A DNA stretch of 64,000 nt. Source: Octopus vulgaris. Lineage: Eukaryota. Every line of letters begins with the position of its first letter. Position 1 is the first letter of the stretch. The notes under the pieces are model-generated. The model was not told where the DNA came from. It saw only the letters and a program-made list of their open reading frames with translations, and did no database searches. The stretch covers positions 20,088,001-20,152,000 of the forward strand of contig OX597821.1 of assembly GCA_951406725.2 (NCBI GenBank). Reading direction: 5' to 3'. The position numbers and the translations under genes were made by a program. Positions 35,907 to 50,915 of the stretch are shown piece by piece.

Positions 35907-36141
35907 GGCGGTGAGCTGGCAGAAACGTTAGCATGCTGAGCGAAATGCTTAGCGGTATTTCGTCTGCTGTTACGTTCTGAGTTCAAATTCCGCCGAGGTC
36001 GACTTTGCCTTTCATCCTTTCGGAGTCGACAAATTAAGTACTAGTTACGCACTGGGGCCGATATAATCGACTTAATCCGTTTGTCTGTCCTCGTTTGTCC
36101 CCTCTGTGTTTAGCCCCTTGTGGGTAGTAAAGAAATAGGTA
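35907..36141 (+). mobile_element. SINE family B, near full length
   Basis: GGCGGTGAGCTGGCAGAAACGTTAGC..GAGTTCAAATTCC..GTAAAGAAATAGG. Confidence 0.88.
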
Positions 36142-37535
36142 TAGGTAGGGAAATAAAATGGGAGAGAAATATGTGTGAAGAGGAGGAAATATTCGATGTT
36201 TGTGAAGAAGTGAGTAGGATAGAAATGAGCTGATGTGATATCTTGTCTATAAATGAGGGAATATTGTTTGGATCAAGGTGATAATACAATGGCAGTTAAG
36301 TGGAGGTGGGTACGTATAGTGGGAGGCAGAATATTTGTAAAGAGGGGTACTGAAGGCGAATTGTCGGTGGTGGACGGGTGAATGTATAGTTGTTAATTGT
36401 GGAAAAAGGATAGAGATATTTTAGAGAGTTTAGGAACGAGAGTAGCGGGGTCATATGAGAAAGTTAATATATCCGAGGGACGACGATATGAGAAGAAATG
36501 AGAGAGGTTCGTGGGGATGTAAAGAGAATAAGAGAGAAAGCTATTGATACTGGGAAATAGACAGGGAAAGAGAACAACTTTTGTGCGAGAAATATGGGAA
36601 CGGATAGTAATAATGAGGGAAGGGTAAATGAAATGACAGTGACAGTCAGGTTTTGAAATGGAATTAGTAGAGAGAAACAGATGTGGAGCAAATTAATAAG
36701 GAGAAGGCAATAAAAGAAGAGAAGAGGGAGAGAAAGAGAAAAATGGTTGCTATATCTGTGAAAGAAAAAATTTGAACCCAAAAGTTGAATAATCAGCTTT
36801 ATTTAATGTGAAAGGACGGATTAAAAATTAGTGATGCAGACCACAAGTTAATGATTTCTTTAATTGAAAACGTCAAACATATGACGGAAGATGGCTCATG
36901 TCAATAAATCATGTATCATAGGTAGGTCTTCACTTAGATTTACAGAATAGACGTTGTGGGACTGTAAGAGGTATCAAAGGAAGTGGACAACTGTATGAAA
37001 TAGTTGATTAACAGCATTTATTTTTATTTCTATGGTTGTTGTTGCTGCTTAGTTCCAGATGCTGAAGGCATATACCAATTTCGACAAAAGTGCCATGGCT
37101 TAACAAGCCACAAAGTTTTATGTCAGAACTAGATTGCCGTTCGATGGCTGTGACACATCTTGTTCTCCTGAAATTATTCGGAGAATATCAATCACATTTT
37201 CACTTAATTCTCACATAGTCCTGCGTAGATTAGCATGTCTTTACGTTTGGACGTGAACGGTGAATTAACTGAAGGCTGTTAAAATGTCCTGCTGTTTTTC
37301 ACAAATTAGATTGTACAAAGACATTATATAAAATGCATTTTCTCACTTTCTAAGGCAAAAGTATTGCCATGTGTACTAATATTTGATTATTATCTTAAGA
37401 GTGTCAATTGAGTACTAGAAACCGAATCTTCCGTACATAGTCTTCTTTTCTCCAATTCTAAAAATCTCTATTCAAAATAATAGATTAACAGTCTTTCTAT
37501 ACATACATGCACAGATATGTAAACATTCTTGAGTG

Positions 37536-37667
<132 letters not shown>

Positions 37668-38239
37668 CATATATATATATAATATATATGCGTGTATATG
37701 TAGGTACGTATATATGTATGTATATCCCTATATGCGTACATATATTGACACATGTCAATTGCATAAGCCTGATGGTTGCGTAACGCATGAAAGTACTAGT
37801 TTAATTCAATATCGTAAAAATTGTAAACTTAAAATTACAAATAATAAAATATGAAAGTCAGACTAAGTTATATACGCAATCATACACATTCGAATCTCTC
37901 TCTCTCTCTTTTTCTCTGTCTTTCTCTTTCTCTCTCTCTATCTCTCTCTAGATTATATTTACCGGGTGACACTGTTATAAACGTGAATGTTTTCTCAGAA
38001 TTACTCAAGCGCTTGTCCACACTAATCATTATTATCAAACCAAAAATTATCATTGATTAAAGGATAATCGGTCCATTTTCCTTCAAACGTTTCTCAACCA
38101 CTGAATAAAAATATTACTATGAATAACATTGCGTGTATTGTTTTCCAGTGTTTATGTTCATTGATGTCATTTACTGCCGATAATGTTACAGAAATATCAT
38201 AGGCACTTACTGTAGAGGAGGTACAGTTTTGTCACACGT

Positions 38240-38372
38240 GGCGGCGAACTGGCAGAAACGTTAGCACGCCGGGCGAAATGCGTAGCCGAATTTCGTCTGC
38301 CGTTACGTTCTAAGTTCAAATTTCGCCGAGGTCGACTTTGCCTTTCATCCTTTCGGGGTCGATACATTAAGT
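38240..38372 (+). mobile_element. SINE family B, 5' part
   Basis: Matches the 35907 copy. Confidence 0.85.
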
Positions 38373-40157
38373 AGTTTCTGTTGTAAACGGTCTATTTTAC
38401 CGCGAGTAGTATTTGCTAGAGTTTAGTTACTCTTTTACGCCTTTTCTTTTGTAAGGCTAGTTTTATCTTTAGTACGCGGCAAGCAGAATAGTCTCCCCTA
38501 CTTTACTATCCGTAGAGATGGTGTTAGATAACTTAGAAGAATAATGACAGGTTCTTCGTGTATCTAATGTTTTGTCGTTTTGGTTTGATTTTGTTCTTCA
38601 GTTACCATCACACACAAGACTGCAGCATATCCTGCGTTAGTTGTTGTAATTTCTACCAAAAATTGTGAACTTCAATGATTTTACGACACCCAATAATATT
38701 ATATTTGTTTCAATATTATCGCCAGTGATAATCTATTTCTCTGTGTTAAGGTACTATAACAACAAGGGTAATGTATTTTCTGTTGTAAATGTGCTATTTT
38801 GTCATTGCTCATAATGTAATTGCTGAGAAAAGATCGGTTCGTTATCGCACATACAATTTCCTATTCCATTGCACGAAACAAGAATTAAACAGCCTGGTTT
38901 CAGAATGAAATAAAACAATAATAACCGCGAAATAAACACTGCAACAGATTTCTTTTATAAATTCTAAAACAGCCAAAGATCTGACAAAGCAAACAAGAAC
39001 TACAAGAGAAAATAAGTATAAAAGCAAAGGTAATTAATTATGCATACAATTAGAACAGAGTGAACTACACAAAGATTTGTTACTCTTTCAAATCTAATAG
39101 CACAAAATTGCTTACTCAAAGAAATGTTATGTTTATGAGCGTATTTTGAATCGCTTTGGCTTTATATTTTAATTTTTTTTTATTTGTGATTTTATGTCTT
39201 TCTTTTATATTTCTAATTTTCTCATAATCTTAACATATTTAAGGTGTTTCTGTTTTACTTTAATGTTAATTCTTCCTACCAGTCTCTCTCTCATTCGCTC
39301 TTTTCTCTCTCCGCTTTCCCGTTTAGTTATATACTACTGTCCGTCGAATTCTGCAAAGTATTCCTACTGTATTTTTAGTATCCTTTCTTTCAAAATATTC
39401 CGATATCCGAATTGTTTGAAGATCTTTCATTATCGTATAAAATCTGTTATTTGTTTGTATTGTATTTTCTATAATATTCTGCTGCAACACAACAATTTAA
39501 CTTGGTAACCCGGTTGCGGATTTACAAATCTAACTGGTGACAGACCTTGAGTTCATATTACCTAGATTCCAACAGCATTCACTTGATAAATTTTAGTCTG
39601 GTGTATTTTGTCCATGGAGAACTTCTGAAGTATTTCGCATGGATTTGTACTCCCTGATGAATCTCTATATATTTACACACACATACAGACACAACGAGCA
39701 GACAGACACACACACACACTCACAATCGAAAACACACTCACACACACATTTCTGTTAGAGGCCCACGTGGTGTAAGCCACATTGAACCGAATCAAAACTT
39801 TTTAAATAATACAAGTAACACTTACGTAAAAATGTTCAGTGACTTTCTTCTAATATATATATATATATATATATAATATATCTTTAAGAAGCACCTCGTA
39901 TATATTTGTGTGTTTGTATCTGTTTGTCTCTCCACTATCAGCATCGCTTGACATCCGATGTTGGTATGTTTACGCCCCCGTAACTTAGTGGTTCACCTAA
40001 GACAGATAGAATTAGAAGCAGGCTTACAATAAATAATTCCAGGGGTCGATTTCTGTTCATGCTATATTATTATCAATATCCTGCGTTTGAGAATAAAAAT
40101 TACTTTCCTTAACTCTTTAGATATCTCAACGCTTCTAAAGCAAACATATTTATACAT

Positions 40158-40229
40158 ATAGATAGATAGATAAATAGATAGATGGATAGACAGATAAATA
40201 GAAAGTTAGATAGATAGATAGATAGATAT

Positions 40230-40288
<59 letters not shown>

Positions 40289-40289
40289 A

Positions 40290-40379
<90 letters not shown>
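40158..40379. repeat. (GATA)n microsatellite
   Basis: Direct reading. Confidence 0.95.
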
Positions 40380-40724
40380 TGGTGTATATGTCTATATACA
40401 TACATATATAAATACTTATATACTTATATATCAGTCAAGTAATACAAGTAACATAAATGTGCGCCTTCGTGTTTGAACATTTTGCTTAGAACATTAAATG
40501 TCTACGGCAATATTCTGGTTCAGGTTGATAAATACTTACTGGAATGTATAAAGATATTTATTCTTAAATGAGCAAATCAAGTAAGAAAGTCTGTGACTGC
40601 TACAGTACAGTTTATATGGACATTATTGCAATATATAGGTATGTAATTATGCCATCTGTTGAAGATAGTTAATGATATGGAGTATAAAAAACCTGAGTAT
40701 TTGTATAAATTTATACATAGAATA

Positions 40725-41158
40725 GGCGCAGGAGTGGCTAGGTTGTAAGAAACTTGCTTCCCAACCACTGGGTTCCGGTTCAGTCCCATTGCATGGCACG
40801 TTGAGTAGGTGTCTTCTACTATAGCCTCAAGCCGACCAAAGCCTTGTGAATGGATTTGATAGACAGAAACTGAAAGAAGCCTTTCGTGTATATTTATATG
40901 TAATACATATATACATACATGCATACATATATATATGTGTGTGTACGCATGTATGTATTAGTGTGTCAGTGCTTGTCCCTCACCATCGCTTGACAGCCGA
41001 TGCTGGTGTGTTTACGTCCCCGTAACCTAGTGGTTCGGCAAAAGAGTCCCATAGAATAAGTACTAGGCTTAAAAAGAATAAGTGCTGGGGTCAATTTGTT
41101 CGACTAAAGGCAGTGCTCTAGCATGGCCGCAGTCAAATGATTGAAACAAGTAATAGAA
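40725..41158 (+). mobile_element. SINE family A
   Basis: GGCGCAGGAGTGGCT..GGTTCAGTCCC head through GAAACAAGTAA tail. Confidence 0.85.
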
Positions 41159-41388
41159 TAGACTAGATAAATGTCTAACATATGTCTTTTACTTGTACCA
41201 GTCATTAGACCGGGACCATGCAAAGGGTATTGCCTCGAAGAACGTTTAGTCGAATGAATGGACACCAGTACTTATTTTTTTTAAGCCTGGTACATTCTCT
41301 CAGTCCCATTTCTAGCAGTGGCAGGAGACAAACACAGACACAGAAAATACACACACACACACACGCACACACACACACACACACGCAC

Positions 41389-41434
<46 letters not shown>

Positions 41435-41444
41435 TTTTATTCTT

Positions 41445-41830
41445 CATTCTTTTCATTGTTTCAATCATTTTGACTGTGGCCATGCTAGAGCACCGCCTTT
41501 TAGTCAAAGAAATCGAACCCTGGACTTATTTTTCGTAAGCCTACTTCTTATTCGATCCGTCTTAGCCGAACCACTAAGTTACGGAGAAATAAATACACCA
41601 ACATTGGTTGTAAAGTGATGCTGGTGGTGGAGGGACAAACAGTCACAAACACACAAATATATACAAATATATACGACGTGCTTCTTTCAGTTTCCTTCTT
41701 CGAAATCCACTCACAAGTCTTTGGTCGGCCCGAGGCTGCACTAGAAGACATTTTCTCAAGGTGCCATGCCGTGGGACTAAAACACAGAACCATGTGGCTG
41801 GGAAGCAATCTGCTCACAACGCATCCATGC
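41445..41830 (-). mobile_element. SINE family A
   Basis: Collinear with 14477-14882. Confidence 0.8.
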
Positions 41831-41968
41831 TAATGTAGAGCATTGAAAGCTAGGAAAATCTTAAATGGTCTGTTTTCTTTTACCACCAATAGACACCGTG
41901 TTGATTTTCATATTTGCTAGCTATTTTCCATACTTACGTTTACAAATTTGTCAAACTGGCGTTAATTA

Positions 41969-44064
41969 CACTGTGTAACAAATTTCAGGTTAAAAAAAAG
42001 TACAAGTTAAGTAAGACTTGTTTCTGGGTCAACAAATTGTCCTGTTTCTGATTCTGGCCTTTATTTCTCCAGATTAGGCACCGTTTTCATGTACCATGAA
42101 CCATATGTTTTATAATATACTGCAGAATATTACGTACTGAGCACAACATTGCAAATACTGAAAGTTACAAAAAATATCACAAAAATTTAGTTGGTGTAAC
42201 AAAACATATATTGGTTATGAATTAAAAACACACGTGTCAGTTTAAACAACATTTGTCCTTCTAAGCCTCTTGTGCGGAGTGTAATCTGTTTTTTTTTATA
42301 CCCCAGCAGTAGTCTGCCAACATACCAGGGTTCCATTTTCCTTTGAATCATCGCTCCATCACTGAAATATCCTGATGGACTCTTTCGCCATGTTCATCAG
42401 TCACATGACCAAGATTTTCCGCAAAAAAATCCAAATGAGAGTGAAGCACATGAATTTTAGAGACATGTTATATCCCATATCATGATAATGATTCAGCAGA
42501 TCATTCACAACTTGCACATAGTTTTCTGAACGATGGTTGCCCAGGAAGTTGTCGCAAACTTTCTTAAATGACTCAAAGGCAAGCTTCTCTTTTCTCTTGA
42601 GATGTGTGATGAAAGTTTCATCAAGTACAATTTTTCGAATTTGGAGACCTATGAAGAAACCTTCTTTAATTTTAGCTTGACTCAGGGAAGGGAACTTTTC
42701 TGCAAGATATGCAAATGCGGAGGATTCCTTGTCCAAGGCTTTCAGAAATTGCTTAAACAAACCAAGATTAATATGCAAAGGTGGTAAAAAAATTCTTTCA
42801 CCTTTCACAAGTGGTTTGTGCATGATGTTGTGTTTTCCTTGATCAACTTCATCTCGGATCGGCCAGTCCTCGCGTGCATAATGTTTAGCTCTTACTCTGG
42901 AATTCCATAAGCACAGAAAGTAGCAAAATTTAGTATAGCCAAGCTGAGGGCCAGTGAGTATTGCCTCAACCTTAAAATATGCACAAATATGCCAGGTATA
43001 GTCATCATACTGAATACTTGTTAGAATTGCGTTCAAACTTTCATATGATTCTTTCATGGTTGTGCTATAAGCTATGGGGACAGAAGGCAGAGTGTTACCA
43101 TTGTGTAGCAGAATAGCTTTGATGCTGTCCTTGGATGCATCTAGGCAAAGTCGCCATTTGGTTTTATCATATGGTATTTCCAGTTGCTCAAAAAGTTCAA
43201 TGACGTCATTACAAAAGCATAAGTCATCCTTCTGTACGTTATCTGTACAGTGTTATCTTCACTCCTTTCTCAAAGCAATTACGTTCTTGAAGTTTTGATG
43301 CCATAAAACACAGTTTTCTCTTTGGTTAAATAGAGATCTCTGCACAAGTCATTTAAAACCTCTTGAGATAATGGTATTGGTTTATTCTCACTATTTGGAT
43401 CATTGGGCTCCACACATTCACAGCTGGAATGTTCATCAGCACTGCTGGAACTCTGCATTTCTTGATCTGGAGGTTTGTGCACAGGTAATTTTTCTGAGTG
43501 CTCTACTGGACGCATTACTGATTGCAAATATGGGTAAACAATGTGTTTCTTTTTCTTTGCTGTAGTACAGCCTGTAAAGTCATGGTGACAGAAATAGTAA
43601 TCATTAGAGTAATATTTCCGCTCACGCCAAATCTTCATGTGAATATTTTCTCCTGAATACCAGGCACTCAATGTCTTCACACATGTAAGGCAACATACAT
43701 GAGGAGCCTATGACTTATCCTGGTCTCCTAAGTAACAATCGAAGTACGCCTTGTATATTTTCTTGATATGGCGTGTAATACTGCGCTTTTCTTTAGCAAA
43801 AGTCAATTCCCCACAGATATAACAGAATCTATTTGAATCACATTGTAGATGTTACTAAGATTGGTTTCTAGCCCTGGGTTGAAACCCATTTTACAATGCG
43901 GTAGAGAATTTTATTTAATAATAATGACAAAAGGGTATACAGTGACAATTCTGTAGAAACCATGCCTAATTCAACAAAGAGAAGGCCAGGAATGGATTTT
44001 CCGTGTCATTTTGCATATAAAAATGGCCACAGATCTCTTGTACGTTTTTGAGTGTTGCACAGTG
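41969..44064 (-). mobile_element. Chapaev3-type (CMC superfamily) DNA transposon with decayed transposase
   Basis: TIRs CACTGTGTAACA / TGTTGCACAGTG with TTA duplicated on both sides. Motifs WRE..DYYFC, KESYESL, LGYTKFC, LPPLHINLGL, MSLK, DEHGERVHQDI. Confidence 0.8.
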
Positions 44065-44232
44065 TTATGTTACGGCTTTTGTCACATTTAGTCTATTGCG
44101 AAATAGAGACAATAAAACATGCTAAAATCGAATGTGAAACGTGGCGGATACAGTAGGCTGAATTCTTCAAAACCATGCAAGAGCATGGCATTACAATGGT
44201 GCAAAACTATAAAACAATACCATTCATATACT

Positions 44233-44312
<80 letters not shown>

Positions 44313-44346
44313 CCTACCTACCTACCTATTTATTGATCTCTCTTTG

Positions 44347-44393
<47 letters not shown>

Positions 44394-44945
44394 GTACATA
44401 TATATACTTATATATATATAGATATGCATATGCATGTATATATATATAGGTAAAAAAAAAGAACACGTGCGTTACATAGATATTTTGAGGATTAAATAAA
44501 AAGAAGATATCAACCGGAAAATAAGCATGTCATATTTTCTGTTTGTTATCTTCTTTATATATGTATATATATATATATCACCTCATGTACAGTGATACAT
44601 ATACATACATATCTATACACACGCGTACACCCTCATTCATATACATACATACAAGAATATATATATATATATATATATATACGTCAATGTACTTTTAGAA
44701 ATTGTATTTTTATGCATTCACACGTATGCATATGAAGATTTTTGTCTATTTTCTGCCGGATTTTATGCGCATGCGTGCATGTGCTGTTTTTAAGTATGTA
44801 TGTATTGTACAAAAGTGCAACTACTTGATATAGTGTAATCATAGCAGAATAATTCAGTAAGATAAAGGAGATTCTATAACTGCAATTTTGTAGCGAAAGA
44901 CAGAGATACACGCGCTTGCAAACACATACATACCCATGAGAGCAT

Positions 44946-44996
<51 letters not shown>

Positions 44997-46003
44997 ACAC
45001 ATCGAGCAGGGACAAGCAACAAAGGCGACATTGGAAATAATAATAGCACATAAAAATAACGGAACCAAAAATCAGACATTTAAAAACAAAAACGCTTGGT
45101 GAAACAAAATGGAAATCAATATTGGTTAAAGCAGCAGGAATATAATGGTTTATAATGATTACCCAAAGAAGACCTGCATTTTCGTGATCTGAAAAGATGC
45201 TTAAAGGAGAATAGAATAAATAATATATATGCAGTGTTGAACCGAATATATAATAGGAAGATAATCGATTGGCTGTATGGGAGAACGATAGAATTGAAAC
45301 CAAATTTGAGTTCCTCTGCCTTCTATTTACGACATAAACATTCATCGTAATGATTTAACTTACTCTTTCATCTTCCTCTTGTTTCGTCTATTTTTTTTTC
45401 GTTTTTTTTTCGCTGTGGATATGTCATATATTTGTCTAACTCTGACTCTACTTATTTTGATCCTCTATCGCAATCTCACGATTTAAACACACGTGCGCGT
45501 GCGCACACACACATCACCTGCATGCATGTATGTATGTTTATATATGTGTGTGTGTATGTGTATGTATATTTGTTTATGTATGTATGAATATATATGCGAG
45601 AGAGTGGACAAAGTTAAAGGTCATTCAACACATTTAATATTTAAGACAGTTCGAATCCGCTCCATGCGACTAAAAGATTTGCGGGCCCCTAACAGAAGCC
45701 CGTCCCTTTCAAGCTTTAGAGTACTGATTCGGTAATCTAGGGAGGAGTTGACACAAATTCCTTTTAAATGTAGTATTTAATAAGCGATGCAAATGTAGAT
45801 TTTATGTCTTTTATTCACAACATTGCAATAGGATTACTTCCATTACATAAAATTTTCGAAGTAAAAGAAACTTTTAGCACAAAATAATCGCCTGTATTTA
45901 CATACATACGCGTACACATGTATATAAATGTTGTGTATGCAGATATATACATATATATGTGTGTGTGTGTATGTGTGTGTGTGTGCGTGTATGTGTGTGT
46001 GTA

Positions 46004-46040
<37 letters not shown>

Positions 46041-46099
46041 ATACATATATATATATGTCTATGACTCTCACTCTCTCTCTCTATATATATATGTATATG

Positions 46100-46177
<78 letters not shown>

Positions 46178-48970
46178 CATATGTCTATATGTCATTATGG
46201 GCGATGGTAAGATTTCAAATTACTGCCTTCAGGAACTGAAGTATGTACTTGCTTAATTTTACTCGCTTGTAGTAAACAGTACGCCGAAGAAACATATTGC
46301 CAGCCTTGACATTTGGTGCAAAAAGATATACCAAAGAGCCAACCATCGCCGGTTATCCCAATTTGTATCTCAAAAAATACGTTTTTTTTAAAATTTTCGA
46401 TAGCTTATCAAAATATGCCATACATTTGTTGTCAGTAGAACTAGTCGCGAACAGGATTTCTTCACATTTCAGACTGAGTATTCATACGAAATATATCTCG
46501 CCAATAATCAAAATGAACTATAAAGGAAATTATTTGGGAATTCAGAGAACAATGATTAAAGTGTTTGAATTGTTCGATCTTGAAAGTGTAGCTGTAGTCT
46601 AATGATAATTTGCCAGATATAAAATGACTGATGGGCAGCTGTTGCAAAAAAAAACATAATTTACAAAATGTACCCACTTTTCCGTGAGTTTTGCAGTGAA
46701 CGAATATTGGAAGGAAACTGTATAAGCATGTATTGTATGTTGTACCCTCTGATATTGCTATATGTCAGTAGCCATTAATTTAGACGATGAATTTAGTGAA
46801 GGTTCTTACTTCATCTCTATTTAACCTTCTTTTAAAAGGAGTGTTTTTTCATCAGTCTGCACTCGGACGCTATTTCATATTTTCTATTTACCCGAACTTG
46901 AAATGTCTTCTTCTTTTTTCTGTTACGCATACTGGAAATATCTTTGGATCTTTGAAATAATGTTGCACATTGTCACTTCAGGAGGTAACGATGCTGCAAA
47001 TGTGAGAAAAGCTTTCAATCTGCTGCTGAATGTGTAAGAGATCCGTTGCTATATAATTCTAATGTAATTTCTGTGGACAAGTTACTCTCTCTCACAACTA
47101 TAAACAACTTTACACATGTTTTCTATACAAGCCGGTGTCCTAACATAACCACAATCTAATGACTGGAACAGGTAAATGGTAAAAGAGTGAACCTCTATGT
47201 TGTCTAGCATATGCGAAATAAATCTGAGTAGCGACTTGTTCTATAATTTACGTTTAAACTTTTGTACCACATCACTCTCATAAACGACTCTAAATTATTA
47301 GTCTTATACCGGGTTATATTTTACCTGGTGCATATATTGGCTTCAAATTTTGACACGAGGGAATGGGCCAATTCGAATTCATCAACCCCAGTCCTTAACT
47401 GGTATTTATTTTACCGACCTTGAAATGAGGAATGACAACATCAACCTCGGCGGAATTTCAACTCAGATTTTCAATTATATAATAATTGTACTTCTCGTAC
47501 GCCTGAAATATACATCGCACTTATTGTATATTATCTTCTTCTTTAGAATACTGGTATAATTACTCCTGTACATAATTTCTAGTATTATTGATCGACGATT
47601 AGACTATTTATACCCGATTCTAATCTCCTCTATGTCTGAACATGTAATTAAATCTTGTTGTTATACTGAGTTTGTAGTTTAACTATGATAGTTAAATCCG
47701 AAATCTATATTCCTATACCTTTTGCCTCTGTATTCAAATTTATACTTTCATTCTTTAATTTAAACACTTTCATCATCTCTCTTCACTCTGATCAGAACAA
47801 CGCATCATTTAAACAACTTTATCTCTTCATACTTACATTCCCCTTGTCATAGAACTGCCCTTAAATCATTTTATCTAGTTTTATTTCATATATAGTTATG
47901 TTTTCCTATTCACTCATTCCCCTTTTATAATTGTATTCACATCATCGCAATATTTAATCTATCTTTATTTCTGCTTTATATTGCTTTTTTTCTTTATTCA
48001 TTCACCACTTTATTAAAGTTCCGACAATTCTTTCTTTTTTGTTTTAATACTTTAAAAATTTACTCCTAACAACACTTCAGTATTTCTAGTTACACACCTC
48101 ACCATCATCCAACTCAATCTCAAACCATACTGCTCCCGTATCATTCTAATGACACTCCTATCACTCCTATTCATCCTCATATTCCCATTATATTTAATCT
48201 CTTTAATCTCTTTTCAATTAATTCATATTTATTCAAAACCCCGTTTCAATTCCCATCAAATATTTTCTCTTTCTTCTAATTTTATCTTCATCATAAAATT
48301 CTCGTATATATTTATTTAGCACTTTCAGTACAACACTTTTGAGTTATTCCCGCCCATGTTTTACATTTTTCTCTGCCAACCCTATTTTTCGTTCAGTGCG
48401 TAATTTCACTAAATTTTATATATTAATTTGATTTCATTTCCTTATATATATTTAACATTCTATATTCATCGATTACTTTTCACTTTCCCCTTCACCCCGT
48501 CTCCTACATCACCTTCTCCTTCATCAATGAATCTCTTTAATATTTATATTTCTTTGATTTATCATTAAGCCTCTTAGATTTCTCGTCAGTTATATATTAT
48601 TTCTGTTATTATCGAAATATATGTATTACCAAATCTATCATACATTGCGTCAGTACAATATTACAATCACATCGCTAACACAGATCATTGAATATTATAA
48701 GAACCAATTCCTGACGGAGAAAATCTTTACAAATCACGCCGGCATTAGATTATAAATGAAAATTTACAATGCAAATTCTTACAATGTTTCTCATATTCTT
48801 GATTCTAGGATCTTTAATACACTTGATTTTCTTGTTTGTAAATTCATACTAAAATTACATATACATGCACCTCCTTTATTACAAGATGTTAGGATACATA
48901 TTACTACGAAACAAACGCTTCACAATACAGAAATCTCACTTGGTGGCAACACGCTTCTTCAAATGTCACT

Positions 48971-49041
<71 letters not shown>

Positions 49042-49166
49042 ATATATATATATTTATATACGTGTGTGCAAACACACATACACACATGCACTCACACGCA
49101 CACACAAAAAAAAATATATATACATACCTATATTTATATACAAATATGTACATATATATGTATATA

Positions 49167-50323
49167 CAGGGGTTGGACAAAATAATGGAAACAGCTTAAA
49201 ATTACAAATAAATATATTTTAATGTGAGTTAGGACCGCCTTTGGCAGTAATTACAGCCTGAATTCTACGAAGTATGGACTTGTACAAAGTTTGAATTGTT
49301 TCCAAAGGAATTTTTGTCTTTTCTTCAGCTAAAACAGTCTCCAGATCTTGTCGAGATAATGGGGAAGATATCGACTCCTTAGTTGTTTTTCCAAAGTTCA
49401 TCATAAATGCTCAATAATATTGAGATCTGGGGACTGTGTTGGCCAGATAAGATGTTCAACTTCCCTAGAATGTTCCTCGTGGTGCCATTCAGTAACAACT
49501 TTAGCTGTATAAATTGGTGCATTATCATCCTGAAAGACTGAGTTTCCCTCCAGAAACAGTTCCTCAACCATAGGATCGATTTGATCGGATAAAATGTTTA
49601 AATAGTCTTGACTATTAATTGTACCACGAAGAGAAACTATTGGGCTGGCGGATTTCCAAGATATAGTCCCCTAGATCATCACAGATCCTTCTCCATCTTT
49701 AACTGTTGGAAGAAGGCAGTCTGCCTCAAATGCGTCTTTTGGCTGTCTCCACACGTATAGTCGGCCGGTGATCGGAATAAGGTAAAGAATGACTCGTTCG
49801 AGAAAATAACATTCTTCCACTGTTCTAAGAACCAATTCTGTAGATTTTTACTCCATTCTAAACGCTTTGCCACGTTTGTTTTTGAAAGTAGTAGTTTTCT
49901 GATTAGAGTCCTCCCGTGAAATCCGGCTCTCTGTAGCTCCCGGCGAACAGTGTTTGTAGAAACTGGGTCATTAATCTCTGCAGTAATTTTCGTAGCTCTA
50001 CTTTTGTGATCCTTTTTAACAATTTGCGTAAGAGTCCGACGGTCTCTATCTGAAAGTTTTTGTTTTCTTCCGGAGTTTTGATTCGACGAGGATGATTTTC
50101 CCTCTTTCTCAAAGTCTGTCGTTAGTTTCCAGACAGTAGTTCTTGATACACCAAACATTTCGGCTGTTTTCATTACTCTAGCGCCTGCCATACGGGCACC
50201 AACAATTTGACCTCTTTGAAAGTCCGATAGATCTGTCATTTTAATGAATTTTAGTTACCTTTTTCTGATGATATCTGAAAAGAAACAGCAATTTTAGCAA
50301 AACATTAAGCAACACTAATAATA

Positions 50324-50365
<42 letters not shown>

Positions 50366-50446
50366 AAGCTATTTGATGGTTTTATAGATATTTCAAAATT
50401 ATGATGCCATGATGTTAGGTGTTTCCATTATTTTGTCCAACCTCTC
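49167..50446 (-). mobile_element. Tc1 transposon, full length, frameshifted transposase (50239 to ~49219)
   Basis: TA-flanked TIRs CAGGGGTTGGACAAAATAATGGAAAC; HTH N-terminus, FSNES, FQDDNAP, SPDLNIIEHL. Confidence 0.92.
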
Positions 50447-50484
50447 TATTTATGTATATCTACTTTTTTTCTCTCACTCTCTCT

Positions 50485-50522
<38 letters not shown>

Positions 50523-50724
50523 AGAAGGTGGACGATTACTATATATATGAGGAAGAAGACGCAAATGAACTAATTCGGAGCAGTACATAAACATAATGTG
50601 AGGATAAAGACACACATACACGCGGCCGTACGAACACACGCATACACGCCCACACGAACATTCACACACACACACACGCGCGCGCGCAAGCAAGTACATA
50701 TGGGTACTAATTCGTATAATTGGT

Positions 50725-50915
50725 AGAATAACGACACGTGCTTCTTGGCTATATTTAAGAAATGATTATAGTAAAACTGGTACTTATATTGTCGACCCCG
50801 AAAGGATGAAGGCAAAATTGACTTCGGTGAAATTCGAACTCAGAAAGTAAAGTCAGACGAAATGCCACTAAACATTTTGTCTGGTGTGCTAGCAATTCTG
50901 CCAGTTCGTCGCCTT
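50725..50915 (-). mobile_element. SINE family B
   Basis: TCGACCCCGAAAGGATGAAGGCAAA..TTCTGCCAGTTCGTCGCC. Confidence 0.8.

Noticed and set aside
39654-39662. Isolated CTGATGA
   Set aside because: No matching GAAA or stems.
46240-47030. Possible hAT transposase remnant (IVTSGGNDAANVRKAF)
   Set aside because: A single weak motif and no TIRs found.
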